DNA of 64,000 nucleotides, from positions 977,810-1,041,809 of the forward strand of contig NW_014577087.1 in the NCBI RefSeq assembly GCF_000485595.1, written 5' to 3'. The notes below the pieces were generated by a model, which was not told where the DNA came from, ran no database searches, and saw nothing but the letters and a program-made list of their open reading frames with translations. This DNA comes from Priapulus caudatus. Its lineage: Eukaryota. This document shows, in pieces, positions 38,601-51,300 of the stretch. The position numbers and the translations under genes were made by a program. How positions within the stretch are numbered: position 1 is the first letter of the stretch; each line of letters starts with the position of its first letter.

Positions 38601-39120
38601 GTGGCGCCACTGCGTCGACGAGCTTCGCGCGCACCTGTCGCGCGTCGCCGCGTGCGGGCGCGGCGTGCGGGATGCGCGGCCGCAGCTGGAGGCGACGCGG
38701 CGCGACCTGGCGGCTGCCTGCAGCACCCTCGACGCTCGCCAGCGCGAGCGGCAGCGCGACATCTGGGACCTCGTCACACGCTGCATCTCTACCGCCGCCG
38801 CTCCCCGACCGTCCGGCGGGCTGTCGAACGGAGTCGCCGACACGGCGACTCGGGGAAGCGAAGGCGACCTCTCTGTGCAGGGCGGGCGCTCTGCGCAGGG
38901 AAAGCAGCGGCGCGGTATCGAGGATTTGAGAACCGACGTGGATTCGGGGAGCGCGACGCCGGATGCGTTCTTCGCGCATGGAACCAGGGAGGTGTCGACG
39001 ACGCTGGCGTGCAGCGAGACAGCTCACACGGAGCTGGAGAAGATGTTCGTGCAGCTGCAGGTGAATAAGGAGCGGTCAGAGGAGTGCGACTGGAGCTTCA
39101 TGAACCAGCAACACAAGTAG
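33763..39120 (+). CDS. IKBKB: IkappaB kinase alpha/beta (IKK) homologue, 767 aa
   Basis: Exons 33763-33870, 34065-34271, 35819-35931, 36266-36435, 37415-39120 (2304 nt, phases consistent). Motifs [62 protein letters not shown] (IKK activation-loop SxxxS), VDYWS, then ubiquitin-like and helical regions and a NEMO-binding-type DWSF. Probably co-orthologous to vertebrate CHUK and IKBKB. Confidence 0.93.
34461..35183. mobile_element. hAT-like MITE inserted in a (GTA)n tract of IKK intron 2
   Basis: Termini TAGTGATG...CATCACTA with repeated subterminal ATAATCGAT motifs; GTAGTAGT on both sides. Confidence 0.7.
36965..37365. repeat. 49-bp AT-rich minisatellite in IKK intron 4
   Basis: Unit GGATAACTATTAGATGTCATCTATTATTGGATCTATCTATTATTATTAT, about 8 copies. 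Confidence 0.9.
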
Positions 39121-39545
39121 CTGCTGTGAGGGAGGGGGAAGGAATACATGAACCAGCAACACAAGTAGCTGTTGTGAGGGAGGGGAAAGGAATCCATGAA
39201 ATTCTTTCCTCCTTCCCGATGACACAACAGCTACTTGTGTTGCTAGTTCATGGATTCCTTTCCCCTCCCTCACAACAGCTACTTGTGTTGCTGGTTCATG
39301 TATTCCTTCCCCCTCCCTCACAGCAGCTACTTGTGTTGCTAGACATGAACTAGCAACACAAGTAGCTGTTGTGTTGTGTTGGGGAGGGGAAAGGAATCCA
39401 TGAACTAGCAACACAAGTAGCTGTTGTGTCATCGGGAAGGAGGAAAGAATACATGAACTAGCAACACAAGTAGCTGTCGTGTTGTGTCGGGGAGGGGGAA
39501 ATAATACATGAACCATCAACACAAGTAGATGTTTAGTTGTTGGAA
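39099..39545. repeat. About 48-bp repeats derived from the IKK stop-codon region, with an internal inversion
   Basis: Unit CATGAACCAGCAACACAAGTAGCTG...GGAAT; 39201-39340 holds the units in reverse orientation. Confidence 0.9.
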
Positions 39546-40890
39546 GGGGGAGCCTCGATCCGTTGTTGGTTGAGAAAATATTCTGGGCTTTCAATTGTTT
39601 GATGATTATCCTGATGGATCAAGTGGGATTTTTACAGTGACGTCAACTGCATTATTTAGACGGATTATAGTAAATGAATTTGACATTCCAAACATTTTCA
39701 CTGCTCAGATATTGAGCCGCAGGGTGATATTAAATATTTTATTTAGCAGTTTAAAATTTACTCAAATGTAAATAAATAAATATGTAGGTACATATATGAT
39801 GTATATAATATATAACTAGCAAAATTGGCATTCAATAATAGAGAATACAAAGAATGCATGTGATTTCTTTAACAGTTTAATAACATTATTAAATGAAAGA
39901 ACTGGTTGGGAAATTGCTACATTTTAAAAGTTGGGTCTTGAGTATGATATCTGTTTAAAATTAAGAAATGTATATTGATATTTTATTGCTTTGATATGAA
40001 GTACTGAGTGCGACAAAGTAAGATTGTATACAATCAAGATTATGGCGTGCTTTCATATTGTGCGTTTAACGCTATACCGTCTCATGTGACTGCATACTAG
40101 TTATTTACTAACGTCAATGCTGGCATTGCTAATGTTTTATCCTGGTTATTTTATATTAGTAAGTGGTCAAAATAGGTGTGATTTTAAAGCTTGACCATTC
40201 TGCTTGTAAATAATGTGATTAAGAAATTAAACTTGTTTTCACTGTATGCTGTAATTGTTACCATTTTATTGGTGTAAAACTGCTCAAGCCTCAGCTTCTA
40301 TGTAGGAACAGGGTCCCCATGGCCCTTTAAAGTCCTTGAATGCTGTCCTTTGTCCTTGAAAGTCTTTAATTTGTTCTTTTGTCATTGAAAGTTCTTGGTA
40401 ATATAGGTCCAAGTCCTTATTTTATGTCTAATGTCCTGGAATTTTACATTTTTGACCTTGAAATGTCCTTGAATAAATAATTCACGTTTTTGTGGGAACC
40501 ATGTACTGAGTACCTAGCAGTAATAATGTACATATAGAATCAACCATCACGAAAAACCAAGAAAAAAACAATATCTTTTCATTCAATATCTGATATTCTA
40601 TCTATGTCTATCTATCTATATCTGACATGTCTATCTATTTATAGGGTACTTTAATCTATATCCTAGCAGGTTATATTATCTCGTGAATAAGTGATCCCCC
40701 TCTCCCAAATAGTATCGCCTACGACCTCGTTAGCACGGTGAATTTTATTCTGGCAAATGGCTGGTTTTCAGCTTCAACTTTTTTACCTCCCGAAGCACAA
40801 AATATGATTATACGGCTCTAATATGCGTTTTTACCATCACACAAACAGATACACGCACACATTAATGGACGCGCACGCGCNNNNNNNNNN

Positions 40891-42855
40891 GGCCGCCTGC
40901 AGCACCCTCGACGCTCGCCAGCGCGAGCGGCAGCGCGACATCTGGGACCTCGTCACACGCTGCATCTCTACCGCCGCCGCTCCCCGACCGTCCGGCGGGC
41001 TGTCGAACGGAGTCGCCGACGCGGCGACTCGGGGAAGCGAAGGCGACCTCTCTGTGCAGGGCGGGCGCTCTGCGCAGGGAAAGCAGCGGCGCGGTATCGA
41101 GGATTTGAGAACCGACGTGGATTCGGGGAGCGCGACGCCGGATGCGTTCTTCGCGCATGGAACCAGGGAGGTGTCGACGACGCTGGCGTGCAGCGAGACA
41201 GCTCACACGGAGCTGGAGAAGATGTTCGTGCAGCTGCAGGTGAATAAGGAGCGGTCAGAGGAGTGCGACTGGAGCTTCATGAACCAGCAACACAAGTAGC
41301 TGCTGTGAGGGAGGGGGAAGGAATACATGAACCAGCAACACAAGTAGCTGTTGTGAGGGAGGGGAAAGGAATCCATGAACTAGCAACACAAGTAGCTGTT
41401 GTGTCATCGGGAAGGAGGAAAGAATACATGAACTAGCAACACAAGTAGCTGTCGTGTTGTGTCGGGGAGGGGGAAATAATACATGAACCATCAACACAAG
41501 TAGATGTTTAGTTGTTGGAAGGGGGAGCCTCGATCCGTTGTTGGTTGAGAAAATATTCTGGGCTTTCAATTGTTTGATGATTATCCTGATGGATCAAGTG
41601 GGATTTTTACAGTGACGTCAACTGCATTATTTAGACGGATTATAATAAATGAATTTGACATTCCAAACATTTTCACTGCTCAGATATTGAGCCGCAGGGT
41701 GATATTAAATATTTTATTTAGCAGTTTAAAATTTACTCAAATGTAAATAAATAAATATGTCGGTACATATATGATGTATATAATATATAACTAGCAAAAT
41801 TGGCATTCAATAATAGAGAATACAAAGAATGCATGTGATTTCTTTAACAGTTTAATAACATTATTAAATGAAAGAACTGGTTGGGAAATTGCTACATTTT
41901 AAAAGTTGGGTCTTGAGTATGATATCTGTTTAAAATTAAGAAATGTATATTGATATTTTATTGCTTTGATATGAAGTACTGAGTGAGACAAAGTAAGATT
42001 GTATACAATCAAGATTATGGCGTGCTTTCATATTGTGCGTTTAACGCTATACCGTCTCATGTGACTGCATACTAGTTATTTACTAACGTCAATGCTGGCA
42101 TTGCTAATGTTTTATCCTGGTTATTTTATATTAGTAAGTGGTCAAAATAGGTGTGATTTTAAAGCTTGACCATTCTGCTTGTAAATAATGTGATTAAGAA
42201 ATTAAACTTGTTTTCACTGTATGCTGTAATTGTTACCATTTTATTGGTGTAAAACTGCTCAAGCCTCAGCTTCTATGTAGGAACAGGGTCCCCATGGCCC
42301 TTTAAAGTCCTTGAATGCTGTCCTTTGTCCTTGAAAGTCTTTAATTTGTTCTTTTGTCATTGAAAGTCCTTGGTAATATAGGTCCAAGTCCTTATTTTAT
42401 GTCTAATGTCCTGGAATTTTACATTTTTGACCTTGAAATGTCCTTGAATAAATAATTCACGTTTTTGTGGGAACCATGTACTGAGTACCTAGCAGTAATA
42501 ATGTACATATAGAATCAACCATCACGAAAAACCAAGAAAAAAACAATATCTTTTCATTCAATATCTGATATTCTATCTATGTCTATCTATCTATATCTGA
42601 CATGTCTATCTATTTATAGGGTACTTTAATCTATATCCTAGCAGGTTATATTATCTCGTGAATAAGTGATCCCCCTCTCCCAAATAGTATCGCCTACGAC
42701 CTCGTTAGCACGGTGAATTTTATTCAGGCAAATGGCTGGTTTTCAGCTTCAACTTTTTTACCTCCCGAAGCACAAAATATGATTATACGGCTCTAATATG
42801 CGTTTTTACCATCACACAAACAGATACACGCACACATTAATGGACGCGCACGCGC
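40891..42855 (+). repeat. Near-identical second copy of the IKK 3' CDS and 3' UTR (about 38712-40880); probably an uncollapsed haplotype
   Basis: Starts right after a 10-N gap; only scattered substitutions (e.g. ACG>GCG, Thr>Ala) and lacks the inverted segment at 39201-39340. Confidence 0.85.
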
Positions 42856-43040
42856 GGGTATGGTCGCACGCACGCGTGCGCGTGTATTATAGGCGTAAAT
42901 TCACATTTTGTGCCTCGTGGGGGGGAGTTTCGGCTAGTAGGGGAGTAAGAAAGTGAGCAAGTGAAAGAAACGGAAAAAGGCGAGTATATAATTATATATA
43001 TCGCCCGATAAAGAGAGAAAAATTGCGACAGACAGAGTAT

Positions 43041-43136
<96 letters not shown>

Positions 43137-43243
43137 GTGCGCAAACGAGCGAACATGAAAAATACCGTATCTATTACTCACTTTCGAGAGTTCGGCAAAT
43201 AAACCTCGGCGGCCGTACTAAAGCCCACTAATTACGTGAATGT

Positions 43244-43338
<95 letters not shown>

Positions 43339-45306
43339 NNNNNNNNNNNNNNNNNNNNNNNNNNNNNNNNNNNNNNNNNNNNNNNNNNNNNNNNNNNNNN
43401 NNNNNNNNNNNNNNNNNNNNNNNNNNNNNNNNNNNNNNNNNNNNNNNNNNNNNNNNNNNNNNNNNNNNNNNNNNNNNNNNNNNNNNNNNNNNNNNNNNNN
43501 NNNNNNNNNNNNNNNNNNNNNNNNNNNNNNNNNNNNNNNNNNNNNNNNNNNNNNNNNNNNNNNNNNNNNNNNNNNNNNNNNNNNNNNNNNNNNNNNNNNN
43601 NNNNNNNNNNNNNNNNNNNNNNNNNNNNNNNNNNNNNNNNNNNNNNNNNNNNNNNNNNNNNNNNNNNNNNNNNNNNNNNNNNNNNNNNNNNNNNNNNNNN
43701 NNNNNNNNNNNNNNNNNNNNNNNNNNNNNNNNNNNNNNNNNNNNNNNNNNNNNNNNNNNNNNNNNNNNNNNNNNNNNNNNNNNNNNNNNNNNNNNNNNNN
43801 NNNNNNNNNNNNNNNNNNNNNNNNNNNNNNNNNNNNNNNNNNNNNNNNNNNNTGATTCGCACACTTCACGTGCTCATGCATTGCCGCCCCCCCCAAAATA
43901 AAATCCTGGCTACGCGCCTGGCTGGGCAAATGGCCGGTTTTCAGCCTCGACTTTTTCACCCCCAAAAGCATAAAATATGATTATACGGCTATAATACGCG
44001 TTTTTACAGTCACACAAAGACACATACACAAACACTAACGGACGCGCACACGCAGGTATAGTCGCACGCACGCGTGCGCGTGTATTATAGGCGTAAATTC
44101 ACATTTTGTGCCTCGGGGTGTGAAAAAGTTTCGGCTGAAATACGGCTATTTACCTGCAAAAGTTTTTCCATGCTTGACTGGTCGTGGGCGAAACCATCCG
44201 CGAGAGGGGAGTAAGGAATAAGTGATTACTTTTATTCACTGTTAATGTTACTGCCTGACACAGCAGATGAAAGGTCAGCATAAAGAACCGGCAACTGTTT
44301 TGTTTATTATCATTATTATTATTATTATTATTATGTCTTTATTGCATGTAATTCAAATACAAATACATGTACTGAAGACGTCTTTTTCATGGAGAAAAAA
44401 TCTAATGAATGCAAGTGGTGTAGCATATAGCAGTTAAAATAATAAAATTTCTGAGTGATACAGTACATTGTATGATACATAGTTCAGAGTGTTACATGTT
44501 ACATGACTGGGATATGAATCTACGTGAAGGACTATATTAAACGACTATTGTCTACGTGACTATCTGCTGTCGGCACTCGTGTAAAACAACTATTTTTACT
44601 TTATGAATGAATCTAAAGTATATATGATGACTCTAAAAAGGTAAAACTACTTGTCACAGATTGTCCTTGAAAAAACACATGTCCTTGAAATGTCCTTGAA
44701 AAAATAATTCGCCCTTGTGTGGGAACCATGTAGGAGGGAAACCATCGTTTCTGCACAAATTAAAATTAATAACTGAAGAAAATTTTAGGTAGGAAGACAG
44801 TAGGTTTATTTTGCATGCATATAAAAATTAAGATCTCCACTCTACCGTACAAAAAGTTGACACTGCCTACTGATGGGGCAGGGAACCAGAAATACAACAT
44901 GTATACATACAATTTTTCTGCGTACAATTCATTCAGATATATGCTATATTAAATATGCACCTGGGCCATAGATGCAGTAAATTGAGATGTACCTGCATTT
45001 CAAGATATGATTCACAGGTAATAAAAAGGTAGTAAATACTTTATACTTTGATATTAACTACCAGAACACATTCTTTACGCCCACGTCAATTACACTAGAA
45101 CATTAGCACAGTCGGAACAGTGATCGCCCCTTATTAGTTGATAAGGAAAACCAAAGTTCGTACTCACATAACGTACCTCAAAAAATAATACCCACCCGCA
45201 GCCCTTGAGGAAATAACATGATTGCTTGCCAGTCTATAGCAGCCGGTAGCAATAATTATCGTTGGAGAGTATTTGTTTAATCGTGCGTTTGCGACCGAGA
45301 CGTGTG

Positions 45307-48300
45307 TCATGACGATCCCTCAATAGACTCGTCAGTATCTTCCTTGCTGTCATCCACAGGCTGGCTATCTGCTGGTAGCTTGCTCGTGGCACTTGCCAAG
45401 ATTCCATCCACTCGCAACTGTTTGGCCTGCAATGACATGACATGTCATCAGAAGAAGAAAAAATTATTTAAAGGGATAGTAGCCTCTAGGATTTTACTGC
45501 ATACAACTGTACTTACTGTATAACAAATCGTCTATACCCACACATTTGTTACCAGATACCTAATTTAATTGTTATAATTATTTACACATCAACGCTACGA
45601 AATTTGAACGGCGCCATGACACCCGCGACCGTGCTGCCACCCCGAAAAAGTTGCGTATTTGACAATTTATTTTGCAGGTTACAGACTGAGGGCTAATCAC
45701 AAGTGCAATTATATTTATACCTAAATGCTATTTAACCGAACGATATTAATTTTAGGGCAAATTTATCCATATTATAACTGAAACTATATGTCGTTTATAA
45801 GATATTACAATCCTTTTGCTTTTAAATAAATAAATAAGAAACACCCTCGGTCTGTAGCCCTTGGCTGGAAAGTAGTTTTATGCAACTTATCAGATTGGGC
45901 GCTTTGAGTGGCGCCACCGTCGTTGTAATCAAACTGTAGTCGTTAGTTTTAAAACATTTTTTAATAATATTTCTAATGGTGATTGAACCATGAAACTTTT
46001 TATGTAGCGTAATTATAACCTAAATTAGCTGAAAATAACCCTAGAACCTAGAGTAAACGCTCCCTTTAAGTTAAATTTTTTATCTAATACATACTTGGGC
46101 TACGATAAGATTATATATATTAAACAATATAAATAAGTTTTAGTCGCTCCAGTCGTTTTAAAACCGTCACTGCCTATATGTGCATCGCTCACTCAAGGGA
46201 TGTGTGTATGGGCTGGAAATCATGTAAAATACGGACCAATAGTGATGAGCTTACATAAACCAAGGAGCTAAATATAACCAAGAGAGGAAGCGGATTGGCT
46301 GTGCACTTTTTGCTTCAAGGGCGCCATCTATGGACCATAATCAGCTGAAACGGCTATGCAGACCGAACCCAGAGACAATAGAACACGAATTAATCTGTTC
46401 TAGGGTCTCTGCCAAACCCCAAATTTGGGCCAGATATGGCAGCGCTTCCTCTCCTTGTTATATTTAGCTCCTTGGGTTCACACAGTAGAGCTCGCGATGA
46501 GCAATGGCTAGACGCGAAACACAAATTCCGAGTCATAAGCTCCATAAACCAATCACTTCCGTGATTAGGATCATGTATGCGTATAGAGGATATAATTAAG
46601 GCAGCGACGTGCCGCGGTTCGTACCTGCACATGTTGAGCCTCCTCCACAGCATCCAACCTCTGCTGTAGAATGTCAAGGTCTTGCTGATGCTGCTGCTCC
46701 TAACAGAGAAGCTGAATTAGCATTGGCCTATAAACTATGAACCCGATATCGAAAAATAGAAGGGAGCAAAGGGGGTAATATCTAAACAAGCTGCAACGTG
46801 ACTAGTCTATCTTGCACACGTTTGAATCACATGAGAAAAAATTGATTCGAAAATGTAACCTTCACGTCTATAATATCATAAAAAATCAAAATTTTTATTC
46901 GAAACTAAAACTCTTAGATTAACATCTTCGACACGGCTTTCCGTAAGTGGGTTGCATCGATCGCTCGCACGCGTGCGCACCTGCTGGCTGAAGCTGTGTA
47001 ACGGAGCTTCAAGGTCGGTGACAAACGGAACAAACGTTTGGTCGCCGAGCGGCAAGGACGAGAGCAAGATTCCGCGAAATTCTCCGTGGCGACGTTGGAT
47101 GTCTCGCAGCTGCTTCTTCACATGCAGATGCTCCTCCTGAGGGACGCTCTGTCTGCACGAAGAAGACAACCCCGCATGTTATCCACGATCTATTCCAGTG
47201 GTTCTTAATCTTTTTTTTCAGTCATGGACCCCTTTGAGAATCTGGTGAAAGCCACGGACCCCTCCCCAGAAAAATGCACAGAAGCACATAGACACAGAAT
47301 TTTGCATGCGCCTGGTTCATGGACGCCGTGAAACCCATCCACGAACCCCATTTAGGGTCCGTAGACCACAGCTTAAGAACCCCTGGTCTATTCACACACG
47401 TGGTAACCTACCTACACACCACTACTCAGTCGACCGCATTATGATCAATAAGGTCTAAATATAAATATTAGTATTGTAATTAATATTAATAAAAACATAA
47501 AAATAAGCATTAGCATAAATATTAAGGTAAATGTAAATATAAATACAAATAAAAATAGAAATAGAAATGGAAAAATAAATACAAATATAAATATAAATAT
47601 ATATACAAATTTAAATGTAAATGTAAATAATCTAAAATATGGCTATCTAATCAGGGCATGTGGATAATGCTCACTTGAGGGCGCTGTTGTGAATCTCTAG
47701 CTCCTCCTTCTTCGCCTCTACCAGCTCCAGTTTCTCACGCAGGTGTTTCACCAGCTTCACGTATTTCTTCTTCTTCTGTGAGCAGGAAACAACAAAAATT
47801 ATGTCGAGTGAGAGAGTGAATCAATTGATGCAGATCCTCGCCTCCTTTTTATATATATCTGCCTGGAGTGGTTGATCGGTAGCTCTAGCCAATAAGTATT
47901 GCGTTAGGTCGAATCTGAAAATGCTGCTTTTAATAAGAAAGTGCTGCAAAGTCTACAATATGGTGGGTACATGTCAAAAACATACAAATTAGTCTAGCTT
48001 GACTGACGTGTGAGAGTAAATTGCAACACCATGCAAGCTCACTACTTTAATCACGTTAATACAGTGACGCCAGCTGTATGAGCAAGATAGCCATACGCTC
48101 CTTCTAGATATTTGCTAGATCTATCAAGCTAGACCAGTTTGGATATAGTTTTAATGCATGCACATCAAATTGTCAACTTTGCTGCACTAACTTCATTACT
48201 AAACGCTATTTTTCGAATCGACCACAATGCCGATATGCTCTCAATCACTCGAGATGGATAAGTCAATTGAACCCAATACCATCCACACCCACCATAACCT

Positions 48301-51300
48301 ACAGTAACCTAACCAAAAATCTCTGTCCTTCTGTTCCGACACATATTTCAAGAAACCAGAGACGACTGGCCGTTCGGTCGGTTCGATTCGCATCTACCCT
48401 CGCGACACAGCGATTCCGTGTTAACAGCCGACACACGGCGCAGCGAGGTATCTTACCTGCTTATTCTCGGACGTTAGCGAGTTGTAGCGTTCGTGCAGCT
48501 GTGATATCTGTGACTCCAGATCTTCCACCCTCTTGCGCCACTCCCCCTTCTCGGCCTCCCAGCCCGCGTGATGCTGCCGTGCAGCCTGCAGTAAGTAACA
48601 GAGAGTGTGTGACACTCCCTATGCACACCAAACACACACAGAGAAAGAGGCGGAAAAATATGAAAGAGAGAGCGAGCAAGACAGAAAGAGGAAGACAGGG
48701 TGGAGAATTTAAAAAATTATTTTTAAAGATTAAATCCCTTCCTGTGCCTATGTGGCGCATAGAGCGGTGCCTATCTCCGTTTCCTTAAGCCGAGGCCATG
48801 CAGCTGCTTTCACAGTAAATACTACAGTAAGGGGTTAGTTAACTGGTAGCACTGTGAGTTAACTCTCCACACTCTATCTCTATTTGTGGAGAGAGCTAAG
48901 CAGAGAAGCAGTGTTTATCATTTTTCAAGTCTTTGGTAAGACCCGGCCGGGAGTCGAACCCCCGACCTTCTGCATGCGAGGCGACCACTCTACCATTCAG
49001 CAACGCTAAAGGTTGAACTCATTATAATTCATTATAAGCTAAAGGTTGAACTCATACCAGCCTCACCTGCTCAGCAGTGTCCCTAATTCGCATGACCTCC
49101 TCCGCAGCCGACTTCAATTCGGCGTTGAGTCGGGCGATGGTGCCCTTGAGGGTCCTGTTGGCCGCTGCAAGGTCATCCTCGGATGTGTGAAGGTCTCGCA
49201 GTTCCGTCTCCAGCTGCGTGATCCGATGCTGCGCCCCCTGGTGGTCTCTTATTTCCTGCTCCAGTTTGGAAATCGATAGCTGGAGCCGCTTCTCTCGATC
49301 CCTGCAAATGCAAAACAGATAATGCGGGTGTGTGCCAGGCCGCAGAGGCGCGTGTGAATGTGAGCAAAGCTAGGAACACACAGAGATGGGTCAGCCAGTG
49401 GTACACTATAAAAGGCATACACAGTGTAGTTAGTCTAGATAGAAAAACATTCACTACAAAACAACAAGCATTTGCTGAATCAGTAGATGATTTTTTAAGT
49501 AAGTAGATTCTTACTCATGTTGTCTAAGAATTTATCGCACAGAGAGAGAGGACTTCTGATGTTCAGTAAAATTATTGGATGAAATGTTTACAGCAATAAT
49601 GTGTTCATGCAGGACATGCCATGGTAAGAGTTCCCCATCTTACAACGTAGAGGGTGAAACCTTTATAACGTTCACCCTCCACATCCTCTCACGCTCTCCC
49701 CTCGCAATGTGACCACACCTCAATGCTGAGCATTCCTTCTCCTGCTGCTGCCTCTCCCTGCGGTACTGCTCCTCAAGCTTCTCTGCCTTATCATGTGAGG
49801 AAGAGGCTGTCTGGCTAGCATCGACCCTCCTCCTCTCAGCCTCCTGCAACTTGCTCTCAAGGTCCAACCTGCAAGTGTAACCCACAGTGTTACAATCATA
49901 CTGTTACTACACATTACACATACAGCATTTCTAAAAGGTGGTTTCCATGTGAGATTTTACGCATAGATGACGCGTCAGCGAATAGAAGTATTAGTGAGTG
50001 ATGCAGATCTATGCAATATTCTAATTACTATGTATTCAGATTTTTGGCAAAAAGGTGGTCAGCACTTTAGGTCGTCGTTTCACTGGGTTAGTTGTTAGGA
50101 CTTTGGTGAAAAATTCTGACGCCATGTTGGCAATGTACATTGCAAAGTATATAACTGTTATATAATTGCTGTGTGTAAATATGGTTCAACGTTTTCATTC
50201 CTCTAGGAATGAAGAGGGGAAGACCAGTAAGGCAGATAAGGTCTATGTCCCCCTGACCTCTGTTTGACCTGGCTCGTTTAGCTATTTCTGACTAATATAT
50301 ATATATATATATAATATATAATATATATAGGGTTAGGGTTAGGGTTAGTGTTAGTCAGAAATAGCTAAACGAGCCAGGTCAAACAGAGGTCAGGGGGACA
50401 TAGACCCTACGAGCACCAGTAAGCACACGCAAACACACAGGGGCGAGATGTTATCCTCATACTTGTCATTCTCCAGCTGTGCAACCTTGCTCCAGCTCTC
50501 CTCCTGAGTGGCCTGCACCCTTCTCTCAGCCTCCCTCTCCTTCTCCACTAGCTGCTGCTTCTGCATTGCCAGCGATTGTCGGGCAACATCCAGTTCTCCT
50601 GTCACGCCTGCGGGTGAAATTTAAGAATAGCTGAATGAAATCTGCTCTAGGCACATAAAGCCACGGAATGACGAATTACGAACGAAAAAAACATTTTTCA
50701 TAATTACTACCACAATCGGCAGACTTAGGTTCAGTCACGTATTTGAGAGGCAGTTACGTCCACACGAGCGAACGCAAGCCTTCGTGCAGACAAGCTTGCA
50801 CACCTTCTAGATTGTTGGAAAGAGCATCACACTCGGTCTGTAGGCTTCCTTGCTGCCTCAGGTTCTCCATGCGCAGGTTTGCCACCTCTAGCTTGCTATC
50901 GTGCTCTAGTTGCTCCAGCCTATGTCTTGTGTTTGCCAGCTCCTTTTCCAACTCGTGCAACTGCCACAGTATATACAAGGTAAACACATAAAACAGGATA
51001 AACACATATAACAGGGTCAGATAATACACCAGCACCGTTATTTCACGAATGCATTCTGTAATTCAGTGTTCACCTATCGGTCGTCGTGTAAATATAAATG
51101 ATCATCTCTGATCGGTAGAAATGTGGCTGGTCTGAATGAATTCATGTGTTCACATGCTGATCGAGCTAGGCTAGCACGGATACCTTCGTATGTAGCTGCT
51201 CGTGTGTTTCGTGTACAGAGGCGACCTCTGCCTGTAGCCGTTCGACGTGCATCTGCAGGGATTCCTTCTCTGTCTGCAGGGTCTTGATATTGCCAATGTA

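Noticed and set aside
37451..39068. Long antisense and alternative-frame ORFs over IKK exon 5 (e.g. 37492-39027 minus, 511 aa)
   Set aside because: Expected from stop-codon scarcity in very GC-rich coding DNA; no recognisable motifs.
48930..48998. tRNA gene in a CEP83 intron
   Set aside because: A and B boxes are present but there is no full cloverleaf, and it continues into a SINE-like body.
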